Below are positions 27,164 through 35,281 of a stretch of 35,281 nt of DNA, one piece after another. Below the pieces are notes generated by a model. That model saw only the letters and a list, made by a program, of their open reading frames with translations, did not search any database and was not told where the DNA came from. Made by a program: the position numbers and the translations under genes. The stretch's first letter is position 1. Each line of letters starts with the position of its first letter. The stretch comes from Bdellovibrionota bacterium FG-2 (GTDB lineage Bacteria > Bdellovibrionota > UBA1018): the NCBI GenBank assembly GCA_051382305.1, contig JBBCAV010000042.1, forward strand, positions 1 through 35,281, in the 5' to 3' direction.

Positions 27164-29406
27164 TGAATATAAAAGAGACGTCCTATTTTGCAGGACTAAA
27201 TGAACGTCAGCGCGAAGCGGTTTTGATCACCGAAGGACCGCTGATGGTGTTGGCTGGCGCGGGCTCAGGTAAGACGAAGATGCTGACTTCGCGAATGGCT
27301 CATTTGATTGAATCACTACGAGTTCCTCCCTATCAGATTCTTGCCGTCACTTTTACGAATAAAGCCGCAGGCGAAATGCGGGAGCGGGTCGAGCGTGCTT
27401 TGGCTTCGGTCGGTGAGGGATCGTTAAGTATTGCGCGTCCGGAGATTGGAACTTTTCATTCGGTGTGCGTACGAATCTTAAGGCGCGAAATGGCGCATAC
27501 GCCTTTTTCGAAGCCTTTCGTAATCTATGATGACTCCGATCAGCTCCGCCTACTCAAAGACGTGATGGAGAAGGTGGGGCTTGGTGAGAAGAAGGTGAGT
27601 CCCAAATCTTTGCAAGGCGCCATCAATCGACTCAAATGTGACGCAACCGAGCCTCAAGATCTTCAGCCCGCTCCCCATGACCTTTTTGAGCGGCATTTAA
27701 AGGTCGTTTACGAGCAATATCAAAAAGACCTTTTTCAGAATAACGCTCTAGATTTTGGCGAAATCCTCTGTATGACCTATCGCCTGATTCGCGATAACGC
27801 TGAAGTCCGCCGGAAGTATCAACAGCGGTTTCGTTATATTCATGTCGATGAATATCAAGATACGAATCGCGCGCAATATCAGCTCCTCTCTACCCTTGCG
27901 AGCCGGAGGCATGGCGGGCACGAAAACATGTGTGTGGTCGGCGACGAAGATCAGTCGATCTATCGCTGGCGTGGCGCGGATATTCGCAACATTTTAGAAT
28001 TTGAAACGGATTTTCCGGGGGCCAAGATCGTGAAGCTTGAGCAAAATTACCGCTCGACTCAAACGATTATTCAGGCGGCCGGAGCGGTGATTGCCAACAA
28101 TACTACACGCAAAGAAAAAACGCTTTGGACCGAGAATGAAGAAGGGCTCGCCATTGAGCACTATGATGTTCTGGATGAACGCGCTGAAGCCGATATTGTC
28201 GTAGGTGAGGTGAAGCGCTTGGCCTCCCATGAAGGTTATTCGTACTCTGACTTTGCGATCTTTTATCGCACGAATGCGCAAAGCCGGCAGTTTGAAGATG
28301 TACTGAGGCGCGAGAAGATTCCCTATCAGGTATTGGGGGGCCTTCGGTTCTATGATCGTAAGGAAATTAAGGATATTTTAGCCTATTTGAAGCTCATTAT
28401 GAATCCGGCCGATTCGGTGAGCCTGAAACGCATTATTAATGTCCCCGCGCGTGGGATCGGCAAGACCACACTTGAGAAACTCGATGCCTTGACCTTGTCC
28501 GAAGGTGAAGGGTTTAATTATTGGAGTGCGCTCCATAAGGCCGCTTCGACACCTGAGTTGACTTCAGCCGGGACCGCACGGAAGCTTTCACAGTTCACGG
28601 CCCTGATGGGGCGCTTGATCAGCGCGCAAGAGACGCTTTCGATTACGGAGCTTTATCATCGAATCTTGGATGAGACGGGTTACGTCCAGGATCTTCGTCA
28701 AGAAGGAACCGAAGAAGCGCTCACGCGCATCGAAAATTTAGAAGAGTTTGATACTCTTTTGCAGGAATTTGAGGAAGATGCGCTTAAGGGGCTTTCGGAG
28801 GCGGAGGGACTGCAAAGGCAGCGCGAGCTCCTGCCGTTATTCTTAGAGCAGTCAACGCTCGTTTCGGATGTGGATTCGCTGGATGGGAACGCGTCTACTC
28901 TTAAAATGATGACCCTCCACTCCTCTAAAGGCTTGGAGTACCCGGTGGTTTTTATGGCGGGCATGGAAGAGGGGCTTTTCCCTTCTCAGCGTGAATGGGA
29001 AGAGCAAGACCCTATGGAGATCGAAGAGGAGCGGAGGCTTTGTTACGTGGGGATGACTCGCGCGCGCAAGCTGTTGTTTATGTTAAGCGCCCAGGCTCGT
29101 CGTATTTGGGGAAATACCGTTTTCCAGGAAAAGTCCCGGTTTTTGGCGGAGATTCCAGAAAATCTGATTCACTCTCGGGGGCCACGCGTTGAGCAGAAGC
29201 GCCCCAATCTAACGCTGGTAAAGTCGGGTTCAGGTTCTAATGAAATGGTCGGACAACGCCTCGCGCATCCCGATTACGGGCCCGGGACAGTCGTCGGGGT
29301 TGAAGATTCGGGTGAAAATCAAAAAGTTACGGTAGAGTTTGGGGGGAAGCAGAAGCGCAAGTTTCTGCTCCGCTATGTTTCGCAGTACCTGGGCCTTGTT
29401 TGGTAA
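27163..29406 (+). CDS. uvrD: ATP-dependent DNA helicase UvrD/PcrA
   Basis: All SF1A motifs plus a C-terminal Tudor-like domain (GQRLAHPDYGPGTV...KVTVEF); TAATG overlap with glmS. Confidence 0.93.
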   Translation: MNIKETSYFAGLNERQREAVLITEGPLMVLAGAGSGKTKMLTSRMAHLIESLRVPPYQILAVTFTNKAAGEMRERVERALASVGEGSLSIARPEIGTFHSVCVRILRREMAHTPFSKPFVIYDDSDQLRLLKDVMEKVGLGEKKVSPKSLQGAINRLKCDATEPQDLQPAPHDLFERHLKVVYEQYQKDLFQNNALDFGEILCMTYRLIRDNAEVRRKYQQRFRYIHVDEYQDTNRAQYQLLSTLASRRHGGHENMCVVGDEDQSIYRWRGADIRNILEFETDFPGAKIVKLEQNYRSTQTIIQAAGAVIANNTTRKEKTLWTENEEGLAIEHYDVLDERAEADIVVGEVKRLASHEGYSYSDFAIFYRTNAQSRQFEDVLRREKIPYQVLGGLRFYDRKEIKDILAYLKLIMNPADSVSLKRIINVPARGIGKTTLEKLDALTLSEGEGFNYWSALHKAASTPELTSAGTARKLSQFTALMGRLISAQETLSITELYHRILDETGYVQDLRQEGTEEALTRIENLEEFDTLLQEFEEDALKGLSEAEGLQRQRELLPLFLEQSTLVSDVDSLDGNASTLKMMTLHSSKGLEYPVVFMAGMEEGLFPSQREWEEQDPMEIEEERRLCYVGMTRARKLLFMLSAQARRIWGNTVFQEKSRFLAEIPENLIHSRGPRVEQKRPNLTLVKSGSGSNEMVGQRLAHPDYGPGTVVGVEDSGENQKVTVEFGGKQKRKFLLRYVSQYLGLVW

Positions 29407-29427
29407 GCGCGCTAAGAAGGAGATGCG

Positions 29428-29733
29428 ATGGACATGAATGCAATTTCTCGCTCGGTTGCGAATCTTGCACGCCTTGAACTGAGTGAAGAAGAGGTAGCAA
29501 CCTTTTCAGATCAACTGACGCAAGTGCTGGGCTATATTGATCAGCTCCAAAGTGTGCCAGAGAGTAGCTTGGGGGAGCCTTTGTATCATCCTATAGACCT
29601 CCCAACGCTGTTGCGTGAGGATCGGGCCGCGCAGCCGCAAGTAGATACTGAGGGACGACCCGTGATGTTGTCGGCGGCCTCACAAACGGATGGCGTGATT
29701 GGAACGGCCTTTAAGGTCCCGCCGATTTTATGA
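29428..29733 (+). CDS. gatC: Asp/Glu-tRNA amidotransferase subunit C
   Basis: VANLARLELSEEE, LRED and FKVP motifs; precedes gatA. Confidence 0.92.
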   Translation: MDMNAISRSVANLARLELSEEEVATFSDQLTQVLGYIDQLQSVPESSLGEPLYHPIDLPTLLREDRAAQPQVDTEGRPVMLSAASQTDGVIGTAFKVPPIL

Positions 29734-31190
29734 AAAATAGCCAATCGATTTCAGAAATCCAGCGCATTCATGATGCGTTTGATAAAAAAGAATTTACTCC
29801 GTTGGAGTTGACTCAGGAGTATTTGGGGCGAATTCGGGCAAGCCAGCTCAATGCTTTTTTGACCGTGTCTGAAGAGAAGGCGTTGGAGCAAGCGAGGGCT
29901 GCGACTGCCGTCTTTGCAAAGGCGGGGCGTGTTCCTCGGGAGGCGCAGCCGCTTTTTGGAATTCCTTTTGGGGTAAAAGACAATATGGTGACCCAGGGCC
30001 TTCGTACGACTTGTGGCTCGCGGATTTTGGAAAATTATATTCCGCCTTACTCGGCGACGGTGGTCAATCGAGTCGAGAAGGCGGGCGCGGTGATTTTGGG
30101 CAAACTCAATATGGATGAGTTTGCCATGGGGAGTTCAAACGAGAACTCAGCCTTTGGTCCGGTTCAGCATCCCACGCATCCGGGCCATGTGCCAGGGGGT
30201 TCAAGTGGCGGCTCTGCGTGTGCCGTTGCTGCAGGACTATGCGTTGCGGCGTTGGGCTCTGATACGGGAGGCTCGATTCGCCTGCCCGCTTCGTTTTGTG
30301 GGGTCACCGGTGTGAAGCCCACCTACGGGCATGTGAGTCGTTATGGGTTAGTTGCATTTGCTTCATCGCTTGATCAGATCGGGCCTCTTACGAAAAGCGT
30401 TCATGATTCTGCGGTGGTTCTGGATGTCATTTCGGGCGCAGATCCACTGGATTCGACAAGTCTTCAGCAAACACCACAGAAATATGCGGAGAGCCTTCGC
30501 GCGCCGATTGAGTGGTCGAAGATTCGAATCGGAATTCCCGAGGAATATTTTGTTAGCGGCGTGCAAGCGGAGGTCGCCACTTCAGTACAGGATGCGATGA
30601 AGTGGTTTGAGAAGCAGGGTGCGAAGTGCGTACCTGTCTCTCTGCCTCATACTTCTTATGCCGTTTCGGTTTATTATGTCGTCGCCGTGAGTGAGGCTTC
30701 TAGTAATCTCGCCCGGTTTGATGGGGTTCGTTTTGGTGTTCGACCTGAGGCGCTTTCGAGTACTCAGGGGGATCTTTTGAGTTTTTACAAAAAAGTGCGT
30801 TCGCGTTTTGGCGATGAAGTAAAACGACGAATTATGCTGGGGACTTTTGCGCTTTCCAGTGGTTATTCGGATCAGTACTATCGCAAGGCTTGCCAGGTGC
30901 GGCGCTTGATTCAACAAGATTTTATTTCGGCTTTTGAAAAGGTCGATTTTATCTTAGGCCCGGTCGCACCATCTACTGCTTTCAAGCTTGGTGAAAAATC
31001 AGAAGATCCGCTTCAGATGTATCTCAACGACATTTTCACAATCCCGGCGAATCTGGCCGGACTGCCTGCTTTGAGCGTGCCGTGTGGGAGAGATTGGGCC
31101 GGGTTGCCCATTGGACTGCATTTAGCTGGGAAACTTCATTCTGATTCGGATCTCCTTCGTGTCGCAGACGCATTTGAAAGGAGGGCCTAG
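29730..31190 (+). CDS. gatA: Asp/Glu-tRNA amidotransferase subunit A
   Basis: KLNMDEFAMGSS, PGGSSGGSA, GSDTGGSIR, EVKRRIMLG, MYLNDIFT. Confidence 0.98.
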   Translation: MKNSQSISEIQRIHDAFDKKEFTPLELTQEYLGRIRASQLNAFLTVSEEKALEQARAATAVFAKAGRVPREAQPLFGIPFGVKDNMVTQGLRTTCGSRILENYIPPYSATVVNRVEKAGAVILGKLNMDEFAMGSSNENSAFGPVQHPTHPGHVPGGSSGGSACAVAAGLCVAALGSDTGGSIRLPASFCGVTGVKPTYGHVSRYGLVAFASSLDQIGPLTKSVHDSAVVLDVISGADPLDSTSLQQTPQKYAESLRAPIEWSKIRIGIPEEYFVSGVQAEVATSVQDAMKWFEKQGAKCVPVSLPHTSYAVSVYYVVAVSEASSNLARFDGVRFGVRPEALSSTQGDLLSFYKKVRSRFGDEVKRRIMLGTFALSSGYSDQYYRKACQVRRLIQQDFISAFEKVDFILGPVAPSTAFKLGEKSEDPLQMYLNDIFTIPANLAGLPALSVPCGRDWAGLPIGLHLAGKLHSDSDLLRVADAFERRA

Positions 31191-31193
31191 GTC

Positions 31194-32672
31194 ATGCTTT
31201 CTGATTTTGAAGCGGTTATCGGACTTGAAGTTCATTGTCAGCTCTCCACACAGAGCAAGATTTTTTGTTCTTGTCCTGCTCGATTGCAGGAGGGAAAATC
31301 CGTCGCTGATGTCGCTCCCAATCTAAATACTTGCCCGGTATGTACAGGACAGCCAGGTGCGCTCCCTGTTTTGAACAAGAAGGCTGTGGAGTATGCGGTA
31401 CGAGCGGGGCTAGCGACTCATTGTGATATTCAGTTGGAGAGTGTGTTTTCGCGAAAGAATTATTTTTACCCCGATTTGCCCAAGGGGTATCAAATTTCAC
31501 AGTACGATTTGCCCGTGTGTGGAAAAGGGTGGCTCGAAATTCCACGAGATCCTACGCCTAAGCGAATTGGCATTACCCGAATACACCTTGAGGAAGACGC
31601 AGGTAAAAACGTTCATGAAGTAGGGTACTCCGCCGTGAATTTGAATCGCGCGGGCGTGCCACTTATCGAGATCGTCAGTGAACCGGAGATGTGCTCTGCG
31701 GATGAGGCGGGCGCATATCTGCGTACATTGCATTCGCTTGTGGTCACTCTGGGAATTTGCGATGGAAACATGCAAGAGGGTAATTTTCGCTGTGATGCCA
31801 ATGTGAGCGTGCGCAAGCGAGGGGCGCAGATTTTAGGGACGCGGGCCGAGATCAAGAATGTGAATTCGTTTCGGTTCATTGAAAAAGCCATTGAGTATGA
31901 AATTCAGCGGCAAGTTCAAGTCATTGTTTCGGGCGGGAAGATTGTGCAGGAAACGCGCGGATACGACTCGGACAAGAACGTGACGGTTTCACAGCGGAGT
32001 AAAGAAGAGGCGCACGATTATCGCTATTTTCCGGATCCCGATTTGTTGCCGCTGCGGCTCTCTCCTGAGTGGGTGGAGGCCTTGCGACGTGAGTTGCCAG
32101 AACTTCCGGATCAGAAGCGGGCGCGGTATAGCGAGCAATACAAATTGTCCCCGCAAGATGCCGCAACGTTGAGCGTCTCGAAAGTGTTGTCGGAATTTTT
32201 CGGGAAGACGATTGCGCTGTTTCCAGAAGGGGATCTCACGGTTCCCGCAAAAGCGATTGTGAATTTTCTAACGGGCGAAGTCACAAGGCTTTCGTCAGAG
32301 GCTTCAGTGGATCTTGCGCAAAGCAAGGTGTCGCCGCGGCATTTAGCCGATCTGGTTCAAGCGTCTGTTGGGGGAGTGCTTTCGAGTTCGGGGGCCAAGC
32401 AGGTTTTGATTTCGGTTTGGAGTTCGGGATTGAGTGTCGAGGCGACCATCGAAAAAGAGGGTCTTAAGCAAGTGAGTGATACGGGAGCTCTGGAGCCGAT
32501 TGTTAAAAAAATAATCGAGAGCAATCCAGCGCAGGCCGCAGAGCTCAAAGCGGGTAAAGACAAACTCATGAGTTTTTTCGTGGGGAAGGCAATGAAGGCT
32601 TCCGGCGGAAAAGCAAATCCGGCCATGGTTCAACAAATCGTCAAAAAGTTACTCGGGTTGGAGCGTTCATGA
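31194..32672 (+). CDS. gatB: Asp/Glu-tRNA amidotransferase subunit B
   Basis: IGLEVH, RKNYFYPDLPKGYQISQ, HLEEDAGK, DYRYFPDPDL, GKANP. Confidence 0.98.
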   Translation: MLSDFEAVIGLEVHCQLSTQSKIFCSCPARLQEGKSVADVAPNLNTCPVCTGQPGALPVLNKKAVEYAVRAGLATHCDIQLESVFSRKNYFYPDLPKGYQISQYDLPVCGKGWLEIPRDPTPKRIGITRIHLEEDAGKNVHEVGYSAVNLNRAGVPLIEIVSEPEMCSADEAGAYLRTLHSLVVTLGICDGNMQEGNFRCDANVSVRKRGAQILGTRAEIKNVNSFRFIEKAIEYEIQRQVQVIVSGGKIVQETRGYDSDKNVTVSQRSKEEAHDYRYFPDPDLLPLRLSPEWVEALRRELPELPDQKRARYSEQYKLSPQDAATLSVSKVLSEFFGKTIALFPEGDLTVPAKAIVNFLTGEVTRLSSEASVDLAQSKVSPRHLADLVQASVGGVLSSSGAKQVLISVWSSGLSVEATIEKEGLKQVSDTGALEPIVKKIIESNPAQAAELKAGKDKLMSFFVGKAMKASGGKANPAMVQQIVKKLLGLERS

Positions 32673-34192
32673 AGAAGGCCTTTCAAATTGTTGGACTCTC
32701 AACTGTCTTCATAGGCCTGGTTTTGTTGATCTTGTCTTTCGCTGTAGATGTAAATCCCTTTCGCGCTAGGCTTGCGGCTCGAATAGGCCAGTTCGTGGAT
32801 GGCCAGGTTGAGGTTGGGAAGTTTTCGGTCTCATTGTTAGGCAGGATTAGGGTAAAAGCGGCGGGGTTGCGTATTCGTGATCGGGATGGGAACCCGGTTT
32901 TTAGTGTCCAAGAGGCTGACTTTGAAGTGCCGTTGTTGGCGCTGTTGAAGGGGGCCCCCGAAATTAACCTAAAACTTGAGGGCCCTGAGATTGTTTCGAT
33001 GAGAAACGCCGCAGGAAGGCACTCCCTGCTCGAAGTTTTTCACTTGGCGGAGTCAGAGGGCACGTTTACTCTTCCCGGGATTTTGGCATCCGCGCGATTT
33101 GGAATTGATGTTAAGAATGCAAAGTTTATTTATCGCGATGAGCTCTCGCATCAGGAGACGATTTTTTCTAATTTGAATTTTCGCTCTCAGGACTTGTCCT
33201 TGCTTCGTCCCATCAAGGTGGAAATTTGGGGTGGGCTCGATACCAAAGGGGCATCGGGTTGGAGCCTGAAGGGACCGGTAAAAGCTTCGTTGGGGTTGCA
33301 AACGAGTTTGAAGGGGCGAGAGCTTGAAAAGATCGATGTTGATTTGAGCGTGGATCTTGATCAAGCGGCGCTTGGGCTGCCTCAGGTCTATGAGAAGAAG
33401 GCCGGGGTCGCGGCTCACTTAGATGTCGCTGTTGTTGGAACGCCTGCTGAGATTGTAATAAGGCGGTTTGATTTGGGTTTAGTCAATACCGTTTTGTCCG
33501 GATCGGGGACTTTGCGAAAAGGGAGCTCGAATACGGAAGCGGGAATTCTGGAGTTTCGGGCCAAGACTCCCGATTTTGAACTCAAGCCCTGGGGTGAGGT
33601 TTTGGTTGGCGCGCGGGGGTTAGTGAGTGAAGGCACTGTGCATTTTGAGCTCAAAGTTCAGGGGCCTATGGATCAGATTAAACCCGAGCTGCACCTAGCG
33701 GTTGAAACTTCGGCCTATGGCGGAAAGCTCAAAGCAGATTTTGTGATGGATAATCTGACTCAAGGGTTTAGTTCGCCCTACCGTGTGGTGGCTAAGGTGA
33801 GTGAGGCCCAGGCAAGTCAGGTGTCTTCTGTTTTATTTGGGAGTGCGCTTTTAGAAGTCGAGGGAGAGACGGGTGGGTTTTCTAAAGATGAAGTCCTGGG
33901 TCGGTTTCGGGGCAAGGGAAACTTTGCGTTCGAAGGAGCAAAGTTTGAGGATGTTTCTCTCCCTCTTAAGCAGGTGACCGCGGTTTTCTCGATTCAAGAG
34001 GGGTATCTTGTGAGTCGGGATCTTAAGGCCATTCAAAAAACAAAGAAGGTTTCCAAGGTCTATTCAGGGGCGATTGAGTTGGGCTTAAGTGCTTTGAAGC
34101 TTAAGGGGAGCCTTGAAACAAAAAAGGCGCTTAGGTTTTTTGCAGAAATCGGGTGCGAGTTGGCAAAGCCATGCTTACAGGTTCGCAAATGA
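32669..34192 (+). CDS. AsmA-like family protein
   Basis: N-terminal TM anchor followed by DVNPFR, then repeated amphipathic beta strands, YGG and G.GNF motifs. Confidence 0.65.
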   Translation: MKKAFQIVGLSTVFIGLVLLILSFAVDVNPFRARLAARIGQFVDGQVEVGKFSVSLLGRIRVKAAGLRIRDRDGNPVFSVQEADFEVPLLALLKGAPEINLKLEGPEIVSMRNAAGRHSLLEVFHLAESEGTFTLPGILASARFGIDVKNAKFIYRDELSHQETIFSNLNFRSQDLSLLRPIKVEIWGGLDTKGASGWSLKGPVKASLGLQTSLKGRELEKIDVDLSVDLDQAALGLPQVYEKKAGVAAHLDVAVVGTPAEIVIRRFDLGLVNTVLSGSGTLRKGSSNTEAGILEFRAKTPDFELKPWGEVLVGARGLVSEGTVHFELKVQGPMDQIKPELHLAVETSAYGGKLKADFVMDNLTQGFSSPYRVVAKVSEAQASQVSSVLFGSALLEVEGETGGFSKDEVLGRFRGKGNFAFEGAKFEDVSLPLKQVTAVFSIQEGYLVSRDLKAIQKTKKVSKVYSGAIELGLSALKLKGSLETKKALRFFAEIGCELAKPCLQVRK

Positions 34193-35106
34193 TTCGCGCA
34201 TCGATCGATTTGGGAACTAATACTTGTTTGTTGCTGATTGCTGGAGTGGAGAAGGCCGGAAAGCCTGTTGTAAAAGTGCTGGGAGATTACGCAACGGTGG
34301 TACGTTTAGGCGAGGGTTTGGATCAGGACAAGCAATTTAAATTTGCGGCGATGGAGCGTACGCTTGAATGCTTGAAGGGCTATGCGGACAAAGTCCGCGC
34401 TCACGCAGTGGATCCCGCTCAAGTCACCTGTATCGCGACAAGCCAGGCCCGCGATTCGGGTAATTGGGAAGAGTTTCGGAAGCGTGTCCAGAGAGAAACG
34501 GGATTCTTATTTAGGTTGGTTTCGGGTGAAGAAGAAGCGTCGCTGAGTTTTCGGGGAGCGATTTTGCCGGGGATGAATCCTGGTCAGTCTGCGGTGATTG
34601 ATATAGGCGGCGGAAGTACGGAGTTCATTTCGCTTACTGGAGAGCGGGTGCTCGGCCATAGCCTTGATGTGGGCGCCGTGCGATTTACCGAGCGTTATTT
34701 GAAATCGGATCCTGTGATCGATGCGGAGTTTTGGAAATGCCAAGATGAGATCGATCGCTTGCTTCAGACTTTACTGCCATGGCGCAAGAGTGTGGGTTCT
34801 ACGGTTCAGCTAGTGGGAGTCGCGGGGACAGTCACGACCCTTGCGGCTTATCAGCTAGAACTTGAGGTTTTTGATGCGCAAAAAATCGATGGCGCGGTTT
34901 TGACTCGTGGTGATGTTCATCGCTTAGTGGAAGAGTTGAAGTGGCGAACGGTGGCCGAGCGACTCGCGCTTCCTGGAGTTGAGGCAGGCCGTGCGGACGT
35001 ATTGCTAGCGGGAGCGCTGATCTTGTGGCGGGCGATGGAAGTGCTCGAGTTTCAAAGTTGTGTCGTGAGCACGCGGGGGCTGAGGTACGGGGCGATCGGA
35101 TTGTGA
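34189..35106 (+). CDS. ppx: Ppx/GppA family exopolyphosphatase (short form)
   Basis: SIDLGTNT, VRLGEG, ATSQARD, SGEEEA, DIGGGSTE, GRADV, GLRYG; start set at the ATGA overlap (34189). Confidence 0.92.
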   Translation: MIRASIDLGTNTCLLLIAGVEKAGKPVVKVLGDYATVVRLGEGLDQDKQFKFAAMERTLECLKGYADKVRAHAVDPAQVTCIATSQARDSGNWEEFRKRVQRETGFLFRLVSGEEEASLSFRGAILPGMNPGQSAVIDIGGGSTEFISLTGERVLGHSLDVGAVRFTERYLKSDPVIDAEFWKCQDEIDRLLQTLLPWRKSVGSTVQLVGVAGTVTTLAAYQLELEVFDAQKIDGAVLTRGDVHRLVEELKWRTVAERLALPGVEAGRADVLLAGALILWRAMEVLEFQSCVVSTRGLRYGAIGL

Positions 35107-35281
35107 GAAAAGGAACTTTCCAAAACCTAAAAACAATCGCCAACAACAAGATAAAAAGGAAACCCAATTTATGAACGAGTCAGAATCATTAAGCCACACG
35201 CGGTGGGAATGCAAATACCATGTGACTTTCATCCCGAAATGCAGACGAAAAGTGCTGTATTTCAAGCTCAGGAAAGAGCTG
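35107..35281 (+). mobile_element. Left part of an IS200/IS605-family element (boundary approximate)
   Basis: tnpA start plus an abrupt switch to an A-rich leader immediately after the ppx stop. Confidence 0.7.
35171..35281 (+). CDS. tnpA: IS200/IS605 family transposase TnpA (Y1), 5' fragment running off the window
   Basis: ATG 35171 after AAAGGA: MNESESLSHTRWECKYHVTFIPKCRRKVLYFKLRKEL, the characteristic Y1 TnpA N-terminus. Not in the ORF track. Confidence 0.92.
   Translation, partial: MNESESLSHTRWECKYHVTFIPKCRRKVLYFKLRKEL

Noticed and set aside
1-35281. CRISPR array, rRNA, tRNA or prophage
   Set aside because: No regularly spaced repeats, structural RNA signatures or phage genes were seen.

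Overview
Chromosomal window most consistent with a Bdellovibrionota/Oligoflexia-type (delta-proteobacteria-like) bacterium. This is inferred from gene content: a stand-alone spdEFG1-type EF-G, a TIGR02147/DUF4423 protein, a Bdellovibrio-type HNH protein and an AsmA-like protein. Most of the window is housekeeping: ABC-F tail, secG, fusA, orn, dCMP deaminase, pepN, xth, a PafA-like phosphatase, two UvrD-family helicases, cheY plus a CheC/X-like gene, two CNNM/HlyC genes, lon, dksA, glmU-glmS, gatCAB, asmA-like and ppx. An IS200/IS605 tnpA begins at the right edge. There are two accessory patches. (1) 9.8-13.7 kb: an HNH gene split by an in-frame TGA, a TIGR02147 gene divergent from a frameshifted secreted metzincin, two copies of a 16-bp palindrome, and a stand-alone ZZ-type zinc finger. 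(2) 15.9-16.9 kb holds the best find: a purine (guanine-type, C74) riboswitch aptamer on the minus strand (16382-16447). It has a non-canonical short L3 loop, and its P1 helix buries the Shine-Dalgarno of a secreted HNH nuclease gene. It sits back-to-back with an IHF site and a sigma54 promoter driving a small secreted protein. All calls are by-eye motif recognition; no searches were run.
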